From contig JBEPVF010000006.1 of assembly GCA_041691135.1 (NCBI GenBank), forward strand, positions 19,059-83,058: a stretch of 64,000 nt of DNA, given 5' to 3'. The notes beneath the pieces were generated by a model. The model was given only the letters and a program-made list of their open reading frames with translations, searched no databases and had not been told where the DNA came from. The translations under genes were made by a program, and so were the position numbers. This DNA is from Candidatus Peribacteria bacterium (GTDB taxonomy: Bacteria > Patescibacteriota > Gracilibacteria > Peribacterales > Peribacteraceae). This document shows positions 1 through 10,805 of this stretch, in pieces; the first letter of the stretch is position 1, and each line of letters begins with the position of its first letter.

Positions 1-60
1 CCCGGGGTTCCTGATCTCGCCATCGATCTGAATGCGGCAGGCTCGCCTGACCCGTCCCAC
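1..60 (-). CDS. Possible 5' end of a divergent gene running off the window edge
   Basis: Minus-strand AAGGAGG (75-81) lies 14 nt upstream of a GTG at 60, which is long for a Shine-Dalgarno; the frame is open to the edge (MGRVRRACRIQIDGEIRNPG). Confidence 0.25.
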   Translation of the reverse strand, partial: MGRVRRACRIQIDGEIRNPG

Positions 61-195
61 GGTCGATGAAACCTCCTTGAGGCTGGTTTACCGGTTACAT
101 TGAATCGAACGTAACCGTTTAGAGGGGGTTTTACTGGTTACCCGCTGGCCTCCGTCGTTTGCCGCCCTTCCCCCGGAGGCCTACAATGGAATAAG

Positions 196-1638
<1,443 letters not shown>

Positions 1639-1722
1639 GCCGGATAAATTTTGATTTGATTTTTTAGATCTCATGGAATCGAACCCATGCGCACAGCACC
1701 AGGCAACACATCGAGGTGAACC

Positions 1723-2031
1723 ATGGCAGTCGAACGCGAAAAATTTTATGAGTGTGAAGTGAAGCGTCGTCGCGTAAAGGCCACCGGTGGCTATGAGCCG
1801 TTCTGGAAGGTCAAGATGATTGCCGACGCTCTCGTCGATAACGATACGGAGTTTCGCTGCAAGAGCTGCGGCGGTCCGCTCAAGGTCTTCCGCCGCAATG
1901 TCGAGAATGCGCCGCCGCCGCACGTCGAGCACAAGCTGAAGAGCGACTCGGAGTATTGCGCGGCAGGAATGCATTTTTTGAAGGCGACGGATGGTCGCGA
2001 GGCTCGTCCTTCGCAGGCTCCGGTTCAGTAA
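1723..2031 (+). CDS. Small hypothetical protein with a putative Zn-binding motif
   Basis: 102 aa; GAGGTG RBS; CKSC...HVEH...C motif. Confidence 0.75.
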   Translation: MAVEREKFYECEVKRRRVKATGGYEPFWKVKMIADALVDNDTEFRCKSCGGPLKVFRRNVENAPPPHVEHKLKSDSEYCAAGMHFLKATDGREARPSQAPVQ

Positions 2032-2068
2032 GAAATTTCAGGGGAACGTCCGTGACGGGGAGATGGAT

Positions 2069-2149
2069 CGGGCTTTCAGCCCTCGGCGCTGCTCCTCCAA
2101 CATCCCTGGGGTTTTGCCCCAGGCTGGTATAGGGCGCGCCGTTGGCGCT
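2069..2149. repeat. REP-like palindrome cluster, family A
   Basis: GGGCTTTCAGCCC and CCTGGGG-N-CCCCAGG-CTGGTAT hairpins; the same motifs recur at 3698-3865. Confidence 0.8.
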
Positions 2150-2247
2150 ATCGCTGTCGAAGCACTAGCCTGACAAAACCGGGCGACCCATGTTCGGAAC
2201 TGCGGAGATGAGTTTCCCGGTACCACGAAAGCTAAAGGAATCGAACA

Positions 2248-3624
2248 TTGCAAGCTCAACAAGCCGTCTCCGATCTGAAGCAACTTGCCTCCGATGTTCT
2301 TGCCAAGGCGCTCAAGGCTGGCGCGACCGATGCCGAAGCCGTCGTCTATGAGGGCGATGAGTTTTCGGCGCTGGTGCGGCTGGGGCAGGTGGAGACGTTG
2401 AAGGAGTCGGGCTCGCGGGCTATTGGCTTGCGCGTGTTCGTCGGTCAGAGGACGGCGAGCACGTCTTCGTCGGATTTTTCTGCGGAGTCCATTGCGCGGC
2501 TGGTTGAGGGTGCGATTACTTTGGCGAAGATTACCAGTGAAGATCCCTTCGCTGGTTTGCCCGAGGCGCATGAGTTCGGCAAGATCGAAGAAGATCAGCA
2601 TCTCTATTTTGAAGATGTGAACGAGATGCCTCCAGCGGAGCGGATCGAGACGGCGCGCAGAGTTGAAGCGGCGGCGATGGGCTACGACACCCGCATTCAG
2701 AACTCGGGCGGCGGCGACTTCGATACGGCGACCTCGCATAAGATTCTGGTTAATTCGCGCGGGTTCGTTGGCGAATATCGGCGGTCGTACTGCGGCTTTT
2801 CGGCGATGCCGATTGCGGTGGACGAGAAGGGGATGCAGCGCAACTACTGGTACTCGGCTGCGCGGACGACGCGCAAGCTGGAGTCGCCGGAGGAGATTGG
2901 CCACGAGGCGGCGCGGCGGACGCTGGCGCGGCTGGGAGCGCGACAGGTGAAGACGCAGAAGGCTCCGGTGGTGTTTTCGCCAGAGATTGCGCGGTCGATT
3001 ATTGGCAACATCTTCGAGGCGGCGAATGGCGATTCGATCTATCGCAATGCCAGCTTCTTTTCGGAGCAGCTTGGGCAGCAGGTGGCGGGAGAAAACATCA
3101 CCGTCGTCGATGACGGGACGATGATCTTTGACGGCATCGGCGGGTTCGGGACTTCTCCTTTTGATGGCGAGGGTCTGCCTACGCGGCGAACGGTTCTGGT
3201 CGAGAACGGCATTCTGAAGAACTATGTTTTGAATACCTACACCGCGAAGAAGCTGGGCATGAAGTCGACCGGCAATGCTTCGCGTGGGCTGGCGGGGAAT
3301 CCGGGGATCGGGGCGGGGAACTTTTATCTTGAGCCGGGGATGCTTACTCCGCAGCAGTTGATCGGCGATGTGAAGAGTGGGCTTTATGTCACCGAGACGA
3401 TGGGCTTTGGCGTGAACCTTGTGACCGGCGATTATTCGCAGGGGGCTAGCGGCATGTGGATCGAGAATGGCGAGCTGGCTTATCCGGTTGAGGAGATCAC
3501 CATTGCGGGAAATCTGAAGGACATGTACAAGAACATTGTTGCGATTGGAAATGATCTTGTTTTTCGTGGGTCGAGTGCTGCGCCTACGATTCGGGTTGAG
3601 GGGATGATGATCGCCGGGGCTTGA
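2248..3624 (+). CDS. pmbA: PmbA/TldE family protein
   Basis: 458 aa, TTG start after AAGGA; PFDGEG, GVNLVTGDYSQGASG and YPVEEITIAGNL motifs. Confidence 0.94.
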   Translation: MQAQQAVSDLKQLASDVLAKALKAGATDAEAVVYEGDEFSALVRLGQVETLKESGSRAIGLRVFVGQRTASTSSSDFSAESIARLVEGAITLAKITSEDPFAGLPEAHEFGKIEEDQHLYFEDVNEMPPAERIETARRVEAAAMGYDTRIQNSGGGDFDTATSHKILVNSRGFVGEYRRSYCGFSAMPIAVDEKGMQRNYWYSAARTTRKLESPEEIGHEAARRTLARLGARQVKTQKAPVVFSPEIARSIIGNIFEAANGDSIYRNASFFSEQLGQQVAGENITVVDDGTMIFDGIGGFGTSPFDGEGLPTRRTVLVENGILKNYVLNTYTAKKLGMKSTGNASRGLAGNPGIGAGNFYLEPGMLTPQQLIGDVKSGLYVTETMGFGVNLVTGDYSQGASGMWIENGELAYPVEEITIAGNLKDMYKNIVAIGNDLVFRGSSAAPTIRVEGMMIAGA

Positions 3625-3697
3625 GCTTTCGACGCCTAACAGCGATTTCTCCTGATGGTATGTCTTTGCGGTCAGGGTGACGTAGAAACTATAGAGC

Positions 3698-3900
3698 GGG
3701 CTTTCAGCCCTTGATGCTATACCGGAACATTTCCTGGGGCGATGCCCCAGGCTGGTATGGAGCGGGCCTTCGGCCCTTTCGATGCGATGTCCCACGCTGA
3801 TATAGAGCCCCCTTCGGTTCTTTGGGGCCGCGCCCGAGGCTGGTCTGGATAGGGCCTTCGGGCCTTTGATTTGTGGCCCTTTGATCTTTGACCTTTGATC
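3698..3900. repeat. REP-like family A cluster (about two units) followed by CTTTGAY heptamer repeats
   Basis: GGGCTTTCAGCCC; CCTGGGGCGATGCCCCAGGCTGGTAT; GGGCCTTCGGCCC; then CTTTGAT/CTTTGAC repeats at 3864-3900. Confidence 0.75.
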
Positions 3901-3965
3901 TGCGAATGGAATGAGAGAGTCGCAACGATAGCGCAGAGTAGAAGAGAAGAAACTACAATCCGGGT

Positions 3966-5273
3966 GTGGGATTGAGTTTTCATTTCGAACAGGTTGTTGA
4001 CTTTGTGCCGGAGCGGGCAGAGGAGATTTTGCGCGCGGTGCCTGCGCTGCCGGGCGTGTTTGCGCTGTGCGGTGCGCGCGAGGGCGATGAGCCTTATCTG
4101 ACGCGCACGGCCGATCTGCGGCGGAGGATGAGGCGGCTGCTCGATCCGCCGGAGTCGCAGTCGAAGCGGCTGAATCTGCGCGACAAGGTGGCGCGGATTG
4201 AGTATTGCGTCACGGGGTCGGACTTTGAGTCGTCGCTGGTGCTGTATGACGCGGCGGTGGCGCTGTTTGGGTATGCCGAGGCGCGGCGCAGGCTGAAGTT
4301 GCACACTCCTTATTTTTTGCGGTTGACGATGGAGAATGCGCATCCGCGGGTGTACTCGACTAACCGGCTGTCGAAGCGCGGGCTGCGGGAGATGTATGGG
4401 CCGTTTCCTTCGCGGGCGGTTGCGGAGCGATACTGCGATGCGGTGCTCGATCTGTTTAAATTGCGGCGGTGCTGGGAGGATCTGGAGCCTTATCCGGAGC
4501 ATCCCGGCTGCGTGTATGGGGAGATGAAGAAGTGCATGGAGCCGTGCAAGCAGGCCTGCACGCCGGAGGAGTATGCGGCGGAGGCGCAAGCGGTGAAGGC
4601 GTTCTTCGACACGCGCGGCGAGAGCAGGCTGGCGGCGATCGAGCAGGAGCGCGAGCAGGCTTCGGCGGCGATGGAGTTTGAGCAGGCGGCGGCGCTGCAT
4701 GTTCAGTGGCAGAAGGTGAAGGCCGCGGCGGCGCTGGCGGATGAGATGGTGAGGCCGGTTGCGAAGCTGCGGGCGGTGATGGTTCAGGCGGCTGCGGTGG
4801 AGAAGGAACTGCCGGAGCAGGCGGTATTGTTTCTGCTGGAGGGTGGATGTCTGGCCGGGCCGGAGCGGCTTTCGACGCTGGGGGTGAGGGCGGTGAAGGA
4901 GCAGACTAGTGTGGGCAGCTCGCTGTTTGCGCAGCCGCTGATGTTGCAGCCGGTTCCGCTGGAGGGAGAGGCGGTGACGGATTCTCCTGAGGTGCGGGCG
5001 GCAGGGGTGCTGGCAGCGCTTGAGGCGAAGGTGGGGAAGGCTAAAGACCTGGCGCTGCTGAGCGATCATCTTTCGCTTTTCAAACGATGGTATTACAGGC
5101 CGGAGAAGCAGCGGGTGGGAGAGGTCTTTTTGCCGAACGCGGATGGAGGGTGGCCGGTGCGGCGGATTCTGCGGGGTGCGGCGCGAGCGGCGCTGGGCGA
5201 GCCGAAGAAGATGGCTGAGACGCAGCGGGAGGCGGCGAAGGGGGCCAAGGTGAAGATTCTGCATGAGGGGTAG
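3966..5273 (+). CDS. UvrC N-terminal-like (Cho-like) protein with a degenerate GIY-YIG domain, Cys cluster and UVR domain
   Basis: PALPGVFAL...YLTRTADLRRR, YGPFPS, LFKLRRC...C...C...C and ASAAMEFEQAA motifs; no RNase H or HhH C-terminus recognised. Confidence 0.8.
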   Translation: MGLSFHFEQVVDFVPERAEEILRAVPALPGVFALCGAREGDEPYLTRTADLRRRMRRLLDPPESQSKRLNLRDKVARIEYCVTGSDFESSLVLYDAAVALFGYAEARRRLKLHTPYFLRLTMENAHPRVYSTNRLSKRGLREMYGPFPSRAVAERYCDAVLDLFKLRRCWEDLEPYPEHPGCVYGEMKKCMEPCKQACTPEEYAAEAQAVKAFFDTRGESRLAAIEQEREQASAAMEFEQAAALHVQWQKVKAAAALADEMVRPVAKLRAVMVQAAAVEKELPEQAVLFLLEGGCLAGPERLSTLGVRAVKEQTSVGSSLFAQPLMLQPVPLEGEAVTDSPEVRAAGVLAALEAKVGKAKDLALLSDHLSLFKRWYYRPEKQRVGEVFLPNADGGWPVRRILRGAARAALGEPKKMAETQREAAKGAKVKILHEG

Positions 5274-5353
5274 GGAAGGGGTGGAGCGGGTGGTGGTGGA
5301 GAAACGGTTGCCGGAGTAGGTTGGGGAAGGTGGTTTCCGACATGGAGAAAGGC

Positions 5354-5620
5354 GAAATACAGGGGTCTCTCCACTTCGCTTCGCTTCGGTCGAGATGACG
5401 TGCTTTTGTGCGGCGAGCTTGGACCTCCTGGCTTTGGCCGAGATGACGTGCTTTTGTGGAGTGGGCTTGGACCTCCTGGCTTTGGCCGAGATGATGTGCT
5501 TTTGTGGGGCGGTCTTGGACCTCTTGGCTTTGGTCGAGATGACGTGGTTTGGTGCGGCTGGCCTGCGGTTTTAGTCGAGAAGACGTGCATTTTGGGCCTG
5601 CGGATTTGGGAGAGGACGGA
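5354..5620. repeat. CGTC-tagged REP-like element (copy 1, 5354-5400) plus a 48-bp tandem array
   Basis: GAAATACAGGGGTCTCTCCAC...CGGTCGAGATGACG, then three 48-bp units starting GGYCGAGATGAYGTG and more degenerate units. Confidence 0.92.
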
Positions 5621-5665
5621 CGATGGGTGCACTGAGATAAACTTGCTGGCAGGAGTGACTTTCAC

Positions 5666-6340
5666 TTGATTGAATTGGCATTTTCGATACTGGCGTCTGA
5701 CTTTGCGCACCTGGCCGATGATGTGGCAGCGGCGGAGCGGGGTGGCGGGACCATCGTCCATGTGGATGTGATGGATGGGCATTTCGTGCCGAATATTTCC
5801 TTTGGGCCGCCGATGGTCAAGGCACTGCGGCCGGTGACGAACCTGCCGCTGGACTGCCATCTGATGGTCGAGAATCCTGACGCGTTCATTCCGGCGTTTG
5901 CCGAGGCGGGCGCGGACATGGTGAGCGTGCAGCAGGAGGTTTGCCGGCATCTGCACCGGACGCTGCAACTGATCGAGCAGTATGGGATGAAGCCGGGAGT
6001 GGTGCTCAATCCGGCGACGCCTGTGGATACGCTGATCGAAGTGCTGCCGATGGTGCACTATGTGCTGGTGATGAGCGTGAATCCGGGGTTTGGCGGGCAG
6101 AAGTTTCTGCCGCTGGCGCTCGAAAAGATCGCTTATCTGGCTGAGCTGCGCAAACAGATGGGGCTGGATTTCCGCATCGAGGTGGATGGCGGCGTCGCTC
6201 ACGATACAGTGGCCCGCGTGGTCGAAGCCGGAGCGGATATGCTGGTGGCCGGCTCGGCCATCTTCAGCCCGAAGAAGACGGAGCAGAATGCGCGGAAGTT
6301 TTTGAAGGTTGCCCGTGCTGCTGCGCCTGACGAGGATTGA
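5666..6340 (+). CDS. rpe: Ribulose-phosphate 3-epimerase
   Basis: HVDVMDGHFVPNISFG, DCHLMV, MSVNPGFGGQKF and EVDGGV motifs; TTG start after AGGAG. Confidence 0.97.
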   Translation: MIELAFSILASDFAHLADDVAAAERGGGTIVHVDVMDGHFVPNISFGPPMVKALRPVTNLPLDCHLMVENPDAFIPAFAEAGADMVSVQQEVCRHLHRTLQLIEQYGMKPGVVLNPATPVDTLIEVLPMVHYVLVMSVNPGFGGQKFLPLALEKIAYLAELRKQMGLDFRIEVDGGVAHDTVARVVEAGADMLVAGSAIFSPKKTEQNARKFLKVARAAAPDED

Positions 6341-6397
6341 GCCTGTTTGAAATTGGATTTGGACTTTGGTTTTAGGGCAGGGGCAGGAATAAAAAGC

Positions 6398-6565
6398 GAA
6401 ATACAGGGGTCTCTCCGCTACGGCGGCAAAAGCGCCGCCTTCGGTCGAGATGACGTGGATTGGAGGCTGGTCGAGAGGACGTGCTCTGTTTGCAACTTCG
6501 GTCAAGATTACGTTTTTTGAGGATGGTCGAGAGGACGTGCTGTTTTGCTGCTTCGGAGTGAGAGG
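6398..6565. repeat. CGTC-REP copy 2 (6398-6455) plus an alternating ~26/31-bp array
   Basis: Core element with inner hairpin GGCGGC-AAAAGC-GCCGCC; three further GGTCGAGA(G/T)GACG-like units. Confidence 0.9.
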
Positions 6566-6706
6566 AAGTAAGTTGACTGCCTGCACTCGAGGGAATGTTT
6601 TTTGGGTGGAGTTGTTGGACGGGTGCTAAGACAAGGCTGACAGGAAAGGCTAGAATAGAACGCAGCCTGTGCGCCGATGCGCGAGGCTTATGGGGTAGAC
6701 CGCAGG

Positions 6707-8437
6707 ATGAGTGAGCGTTCCTTTTTTCCAAGTTTGAAGGCCAGTGCGCTGGCTGGGGTGGCGGTAGCGGTATTGCTGACGTCTTCAATGGTTGCAGGGG
6801 CACAGGTGACGGGTTCGTCGCAGACGACGACTGACGCCAACGGACAGCAGCAGGAGAGCGTGACGCTGTCGGCCTCGGGGAGCAAGAAGCACAAGGAAAA
6901 GAAGGAAAAGGTCGTCGAGTCCAAGGACACGAAGAAGCAGATCCGCAAGCAGAAGGCGCTGACTCCGATCGCAGAGCAGGATGCGAAACTGCCCGATAAG
7001 GAGCTGTACGACAAGGCTGTGGTCGCGACCAAGAAGGGGCACTTCGACGTCGCCCGTTTGGACCTGCAGACGCTGCTCAATACCTATCCCGACTCGCAGT
7101 TCCAGATGCGGGCGAAGCTGGCGATTGCCGATAGCTGGTACAAAGAGGGCGGTACGGCGGCGTTGATGCAGGCCGAGAGCGAGTACAAGGACTTCATCAC
7201 CTTCTTCCCGAACGCTCCTGAAGCGGCCGAGGCGCAGATGCGCGTGGGTGATATTTATTTTCGGCAGATGGACAAGCCGGACCGCGACTATAGCAAGGCC
7301 ACCCATGCCGAGGAAGAGTACCGGCTGATGCTGCAGCAGTTCCCGGAGTCGGCACTGGTGCCGCAGGCCAGGCAGCGGCTGCGCGAGGTGCAGGAGGTGA
7401 TGGCGCAGCGCGAGGCGGAGATTGGCGACTTTTATGCCTCCCGTGCGGCGTGGCCAGCGACGATTGCGCGCTATCAGACGGTGGTCGACACCTACCCCGA
7501 GTACAGCCACATGGACGATGTGCTAGTGGGACTGGGAGATGCTTACGAGGCGGAGGCGAACTACGTCCGCTCGATTCGGCTGCCGGAGGCCGCGAAGGCC
7601 CGGCTGGAACATATCTATGATGACCAGGCTGCCGAAGCCTACCGCAAGGTAGTGCTCGATCACTCGGCTTCGCCGCACGTAGAAGATGCGCGCGACCGGC
7701 TGGCGGCGATGAACCTTCCGATTCCGACGCCGAGTGCGACGCAGGTGGCGGCGAGCGAGGCGCTCGAGAACAGCCGCTCCGGGTACAACCTGAAGCAGCG
7801 GGCCAGGCTGCTGGTGATGCACACGCCGGATACGGTGATGGCGGCCCATATCGGCGAACCGTCGTTGAACGATCCGAAGGCGACGCTGGCTCCGGATATC
7901 ACGCGGAAGATTATTACGGACTTCAATACCTCAATGCATCCGGAGACGGCGACGGCGGCTACGGCGGCCAAGTCTGCTTCGGCAGGGACGGCTGAGGCTG
8001 CACCGGCGGATGCGGCTGCGACCCCGTCAGCTACGTCAGCTCCGTTGGCGTTCCACGAAGTTCCTACAGCTGCATCGGGTGCCAACAGCGGCTCTGCGGT
8101 GGAGACGAGCGTTCCGGGAGCGACCAGCAATACGTCGTCGGGAGCGGCTACGAATTCGTTGGGCATCGAGATCGTTTCGCCTTCTTCGTCTCCGAAGTCG
8201 AGCGGCGCGGATGGTGGCCTGAAGGCAGTCGGACCGACCAACAATACCCCTCTGCCTGCGGTCGAGAAGGCTGGGGATGCACCGGATGCGGTCAATACGA
8301 TCCAGCCGGGAACGCAGGCCGCAGCCCAGACTCCGAACCCCAAGGGCAAGAAGACCAAGCCCGCGTTCGACAAGTCGGATGAGTCGTCGAGCAAGCATAA
8401 GAAGAAGAAGGGGCTGGATAAGCTCAATCCTTTCTAG
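6707..8437 (+). CDS. bamD: Outer membrane protein assembly factor BamD with a long low-complexity C-terminal tail
   Basis: TPR region (LLNTYPDS, YKDFITFFPN, DKPDRD, ATIARYQTVVDTYPEY); signal peptide; start chosen at MSERSF. Confidence 0.88.
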   Translation: MSERSFFPSLKASALAGVAVAVLLTSSMVAGAQVTGSSQTTTDANGQQQESVTLSASGSKKHKEKKEKVVESKDTKKQIRKQKALTPIAEQDAKLPDKELYDKAVVATKKGHFDVARLDLQTLLNTYPDSQFQMRAKLAIADSWYKEGGTAALMQAESEYKDFITFFPNAPEAAEAQMRVGDIYFRQMDKPDRDYSKATHAEEEYRLMLQQFPESALVPQARQRLREVQEVMAQREAEIGDFYASRAAWPATIARYQTVVDTYPEYSHMDDVLVGLGDAYEAEANYVRSIRLPEAAKARLEHIYDDQAAEAYRKVVLDHSASPHVEDARDRLAAMNLPIPTPSATQVAASEALENSRSGYNLKQRARLLVMHTPDTVMAAHIGEPSLNDPKATLAPDITRKIITDFNTSMHPETATAATAAKSASAGTAEAAPADAAATPSATSAPLAFHEVPTAASGANSGSAVETSVPGATSNTSSGAATNSLGIEIVSPSSSPKSSGADGGLKAVGPTNNTPLPAVEKAGDAPDAVNTIQPGTQAAAQTPNPKGKKTKPAFDKSDESSSKHKKKKGLDKLNPF

Positions 8438-8461
8438 AGATTAGCGATAACCCGCTCGCGG

Positions 8462-8490
8462 AAAGCCCTGGAGATCTCCGGGGCTTTTTT
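8462..8490 (+). terminator. Intrinsic terminator of bamD
   Basis: AAAGCCCTGGAG-AT-CTCCGGGGCTTT stem running into a T tract. Confidence 0.8.
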
Positions 8491-8505
8491 GCGAGAGGGA
8501 GACTC

Positions 8506-8534
8506 TTGACAGGCTTGGTTGCGGCATGTACGTT
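8506..8534 (+). promoter_or_regulatory. Candidate sigma70 promoter for the sugar transporter
   Basis: TTGACA-17 nt-TACGTT, followed by the near-palindrome GTAACCGCTTAC. Confidence 0.5.
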
Positions 8535-8638
8535 GGCTGCAACGTAACCGCTTACTTATTGGTGAGTTTGAGGTGTGGAGCGCTCTGGAAGGGCAGCGGC
8601 AGTTTGGGTTTGGAGAAAGAACAGGCAACGGCAACTGC

Positions 8639-8775
8639 GAAATACAGGGGTCTCTCCACTTCGCTTCGCTCCGGTCGAGATGACGTGCTGTTTTGCTGAT
8701 CCGGGCTGGATGACTTGCTGTTTTGTTGGTTCGGTCGAGATGACTTGCTGTCTTGCTGGTAGGGCCTGGATGACG
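8639..8775. repeat. CGTC-REP copy 3 (8639-8685) plus a 30-bp array
   Basis: Core element preceded by GGCAACGGCAACTGC; 30-bp GATGAC-periodic units follow. Confidence 0.9.
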
Positions 8776-8980
8776 TTTCTATAGAGTTGCGATCGTGGTT
8801 TTGAGTTAAGCAGGTTGGAGGGTGGAGGGTTTGCGATGGATTTTTGGCGTGGCGTGAGGACGATTGTGACTGACAGCCACTTTCTGGTACCTTTTTTTGT
8901 GCTGATCGCCGGGATCGCCCTGTTGGTGGTGCTGCACTAGGGGGTGAGTTTGCTCGGGGTTGGTTGGCTGCAGTCAAGGC

Positions 8981-9083
8981 GAAATACAGGGGTCTCTCCA
9001 CTGCGCTTCGCTCCGGTCGAGATGACGTGTTTATTGCTGCTTCGAGAGATGACGTACTTTATTGCTGCTTCGATCGAGATGGC
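8981..9083. repeat. CGTC-REP copy 4 (8981-9027) plus a short array
   Basis: Core element followed by two TTTATTGCTGCTTCGA..GAGAT units. Confidence 0.9.
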
Positions 9084-9119
9084 TGGTGATGTTTCTGAAT
9101 GGATGATGTTGGATAGAAC

Positions 9120-10421
9120 GTGGAGACGTGTGTGGGAAGTGCGGTAACCAAGGTGCAAAAAAACGGGATGTCGCTGCATGGCCTGGGCGTCGTCTGCGGG
9201 TTGACGGCGGGAGTGTGGCTGGGCGCGGCGGAGGCTCCGACGAAGCTGGTGAATGCGGGCTTCTCTCCGTTTGCGATCTCGCTGTGCATGGTGGCGGGGG
9301 TGTTTACGGCGCGGTGGACGTTTCCGACGCTGCTGAAAGGGACGAGCTATGTCTTCGCCGACCTGTTCGATAAGAAGCACCTGATCGTGTGGGCGCTGCT
9401 GGCTGGGGCGCTGTGGGCGGTGGCCAATACGCTGACCGTGTTTGCGATTCGCGATGTGGGGCTGGCGGTGGCGTTTCCGCTGTGGAATACGAACTCGCTG
9501 ATCGGGCTTTTGTGGGGGCGGCTGCTGTTTCGCGAACTCGAAGGAGCCAGCGGGAAGAACATCGGCAAGGTGGTTTTGGGGACCGCGGCCATTGTGGCTG
9601 CAGCGGTGATGCTGGGCTTCAGCACGCTACATGGTGGGACGGCTACGGGCCATAACGCGGTAGGCGGGATACTGGCTGCGGCTGGCGCGAGTTTGATGTG
9701 GGGGACGATGTATGTTCCTTACCGGAAGGCTTATCTGAGCGGGATGAATCCGCTGTCGTTTGTGACTGCGTTTACGGTGGGGGAATTGAGTACGGTGTTT
9801 GGGCTGACGCTGGCGCTCGATGGCGGGCTGCACTCTCCCTCGTTCCAGTTGTTTCATCTGCGCGGCATGGTGTTCTGGCTGTTTCTGGGCGGGTTTGTTT
9901 GGGTGATCGGCGACCTGTTTCAGCAGTTCGCCACGAAGTATGTCGGGATTGGCAGGGGGATTCCGCTGTCGAATACGAACCAGCTTTGGGGGCTGGCGTG
10001 GGGCGCGCTGGTGTTTGGGGAGCTGGCGGCGGCGGACCATCGGCATAAGGTGCTGGTGGTGACGGGATCGTTGGTGATGATTCTGGGCGCGCTGGCGATC
10101 AGCACGGCGGTGGCTTCGGCGAAGGAGCAGACGTCGACCAACGAGGCGGTGCTGCGGGAGTGTGAGCGCTATGGGCTGGACTATAACCGGACGATGATGG
10201 CGATGGCCGGCGACGAGTTCAATACGCGCAACGAGAAGCGGCGCTGGTGGGACTATCTGATTATTGCAGCGGCTACCGGCGTGTTTATCTGGCTTGGCGT
10301 GCGGGCGGTGGTGCCTCCGCTGGCGATGAATGTTCGCTGGATCGCTGCGCTGGGCGCGGTGTTGCTGCTGAGCCTGATTGCAGGGACCTGGAGCTTGTGG
10401 AAGAGGACTCGGTTTTCGTAG
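9120..10421 (+). CDS. GRP-family (DMT superfamily) sugar transporter
   Basis: About 12 hydrophobic segments; internal duplication GLAVAFPLWNTNSLIGLLWG / GIGRGIPLSNTNQLWGLAWG; start uncertain (9120, 9132 or 9168). Confidence 0.8.
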   Translation: METCVGSAVTKVQKNGMSLHGLGVVCGLTAGVWLGAAEAPTKLVNAGFSPFAISLCMVAGVFTARWTFPTLLKGTSYVFADLFDKKHLIVWALLAGALWAVANTLTVFAIRDVGLAVAFPLWNTNSLIGLLWGRLLFRELEGASGKNIGKVVLGTAAIVAAAVMLGFSTLHGGTATGHNAVGGILAAAGASLMWGTMYVPYRKAYLSGMNPLSFVTAFTVGELSTVFGLTLALDGGLHSPSFQLFHLRGMVFWLFLGGFVWVIGDLFQQFATKYVGIGRGIPLSNTNQLWGLAWGALVFGELAAADHRHKVLVVTGSLVMILGALAISTAVASAKEQTSTNEAVLRECERYGLDYNRTMMAMAGDEFNTRNEKRRWWDYLIIAAATGVFIWLGVRAVVPPLAMNVRWIAALGAVLLLSLIAGTWSLWKRTRFS

Positions 10422-10448
10422 GGCTTTGGGGCTGACGAGGAGAAGGCA

Positions 10449-10522
10449 TACCCCCAGGGGCTAAAGCCCTTTCTGTTTAATTATTTAGAAGGCCAAGGCT
10501 GAAGCCTTGGCGTACCTAGAGG
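10449..10522. repeat. REP-like palindrome pair related to family A
   Basis: GGGGCTAAAGCCCT and GCCAAGGCTGAAGCCTTGGC hairpins. Confidence 0.7.
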
Positions 10523-10547
10523 CCAGAGCAAATGCAAGGGCAACGAC

Positions 10548-10770
10548 GAAATACAGGGGTCTCTCCGCTGCGGCCTGCGGCCTTCGGTCGAGATGACGTT
10601 GGTTGATTGGCCGACAAGCGAGGTGACGTTGGTTGGTGGATGGCCTGCGGTCGAGATGACGTGGGTTGGTCGATGGCAGACGAGCGAGATGACGTGGGTT
10701 GGTCGATGGGCCGATGGTCGAGATGATGTGGGTTGGTTGATTGGCCGACAGGCGAGATGATGTAGGTTGG
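10548..10770. repeat. CGTC-REP copy 5 (10548-10598) plus about five further 30-33-bp units
   Basis: Repeated CGAGATGAYGT(T/G)GGTTG units. Confidence 0.92.
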
Positions 10771-10805
10771 TATGCTTCAGATGTGGAGAAGTTTCAGGAG
10801 CGGAC

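Noticed and set aside
2038-5264. Long minus-strand ORFs of 585 and 515 aa (also 15995-17860, 621 aa)
   Set aside because: Antisense shadows of high-GC genes; Arg/Pro/His-rich with no family motifs.
3966-5273. The UvrC-like GIY-YIG protein as the mobiliser of the CGTC repeats
   Set aside because: It is not flanked by inverted copies of the element, has NER-type domains, and its active site looks degenerate.
5388-5620. Tandem arrays (also 10585-10770) read as CRISPR arrays
   Set aside because: The constant part is only ~13 nt, the 'spacers' within an array resemble each other, and no cas genes or leader were seen.
5093-6803. ORFs translating as ERPLYF / VISTE / SSRPK / VEMT (also 8552, 10481, 13337, 19650, 26931)
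   Set aside because: These are translations of the CGTC repeat or antisense shadows of real genes.
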